Below, piece after piece: positions 63,263 to 64,000 of a DNA stretch of 64,000 nt (positions within the stretch are counted from its first letter, which is position 1; the number at the start of each line of letters is the position of its first letter). Source of the DNA: an uncultured Gemmatimonadales bacterium. Its GTDB lineage: Bacteria; Gemmatimonadota; Gemmatimonadetes; Gemmatimonadales; GWC2-71-9. The notes under the pieces are model-generated. The model saw only the letters and a list, made by a program, of their open reading frames with translations. It ran no database searches and was not told the origin of the DNA. A program made the translations under genes and the position numbers. The DNA is taken from NCBI GenBank assembly GCA_963842945.1, contig CAWJIM010000024.1, positions 160,001 to 224,000 on the forward strand, given 5' to 3'.

Positions 63263-63754
63263 TCACTCTGGGGGTGCGGGGAACTGAACGAAAGGACCGC
63301 CAGGTTTCTGGTCGGGCGCCAGGTATTGTGGGGCGGGCTGCCCGGCTGGACCGAGATGCTTTGGATACGCGTAAATCGCCTTGACATCGCGATCGCTCAT
63401 GGTGCGCAGGTTATACCACGGCATCGGGGGTCGGAGCTGGCTGCGCGCCTGCGTCATGAACTGATCTGCCGTCAAGCTCTGTACCAGCAAACGCAGGTTG
63501 GATGCATAGGTTGTACCCCACGGGCCACGCCAGCCAAGCTGGTTACCGGTGAGCCACAGCGCCTCTTCAACCTCGCCGCCCGAGGTCGCATAGCCAGGCG
63601 TGTGGCAGTCGTTGCACCCTCCGATCTGCACCAGGTATTTCCCCTGGGCCGCGTCAGTCGAGAGCTTCTTATCGGCTTTCTCCTGCGCGACCACGGCGCG
63701 CGGAAGGATCGACAGGATCGCCACGGTTGCGACCGCCGACACGGGTTTATTCAT
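63263..63754 (-). CDS. Exported monoheme cytochrome c
   Basis: Signal ...AVVAQ, GKYLVQIGGCNDCHTPG, GPWGTTYASNL, PPMPW; GAGG RBS. Confidence 0.85.
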   Translation of the reverse strand: MNKPVSAVATVAILSILPRAVVAQEKADKKLSTDAAQGKYLVQIGGCNDCHTPGYATSGGEVEEALWLTGNQLGWRGPWGTTYASNLRLLVQSLTADQFMTQARSQLRPPMPWYNLRTMSDRDVKAIYAYPKHLGPAGQPAPQYLAPDQKPGGPFVQFPAPPE

Positions 63755-64000
63755 GGGGGATACCTCCTCGCCCGAAGTAAAAGGAGCCGCCGTCGCGGCA
63801 TGCGCTTGTTAGGCCGCTTGCGGGTACGGTATCAGTTGATGGGTGACAGAATGTTATCGGCTGCGTCGGTAAGCTTGCAATACGCGATGACGAGACTCAT
63901 GGGGGCGACACCGCAATCTGCCGAATCGATATGCTCTTGTACCACGCCTCGGCCGGCGGCCCGTCGTGGATCTGAAGGCAGACTTTGCCGCCAGGTGGAA

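Overview
High-GC bacterial chromosomal window. Gene content and protein style suggest Gemmatimonadota (an inference; no rRNA is present). Many genes, including housekeeping genes, are split by single-base frameshifts, most likely long-read assembly errors. From left to right: (1) a mosaic, partly decayed accessory segment (1-5545) abutting the 3' end of tRNA-Ala(TGC); (2) VOC, PKD and redoxin genes with two copies of a ~140-bp structured hairpin element; (3) a TolC/MFP/RND efflux operon, dps, and a pseudo-receiver + KaiC-like ATPase + hybrid kinase module; (4) hemBLGCDEF; (5) an amidohydrolase; (6) an M6 metalloprotease and lipoprotein followed by an orphan soxY-soxZ-MBL hydrolase-rhodanese module; (7) a probable ceramide operon (spt, GNAT ceramide synthase, SDR ceramide reductase, Aur1-like PAP2); (8) a blue-copper lipoprotein with a Rex-like box, a Cys-cluster protein and an ECF sigma/anti-sigma pair; (9) a complete Alternative Complex III operon (actABCDEF); (10) TrmJ-like methyltransferase, pilT, Mo/W-type ABC subunits and dinB; (11) glnA-amtB-glnK behind a long leader with a small ORF and a terminator; (12) an integron-cassette-like stretch with attC remnants (cupin, lspA, cytochrome c). 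The best candidates for something new are the SoxYZ/MBL/rhodanese relay, the ceramide operon with an Aur1-like enzyme, the glnA leader attenuator, the paired hairpin elements and a possible dockerin/cohesin-like protease anchor. All calls are by eye from motifs; no database searches were run.
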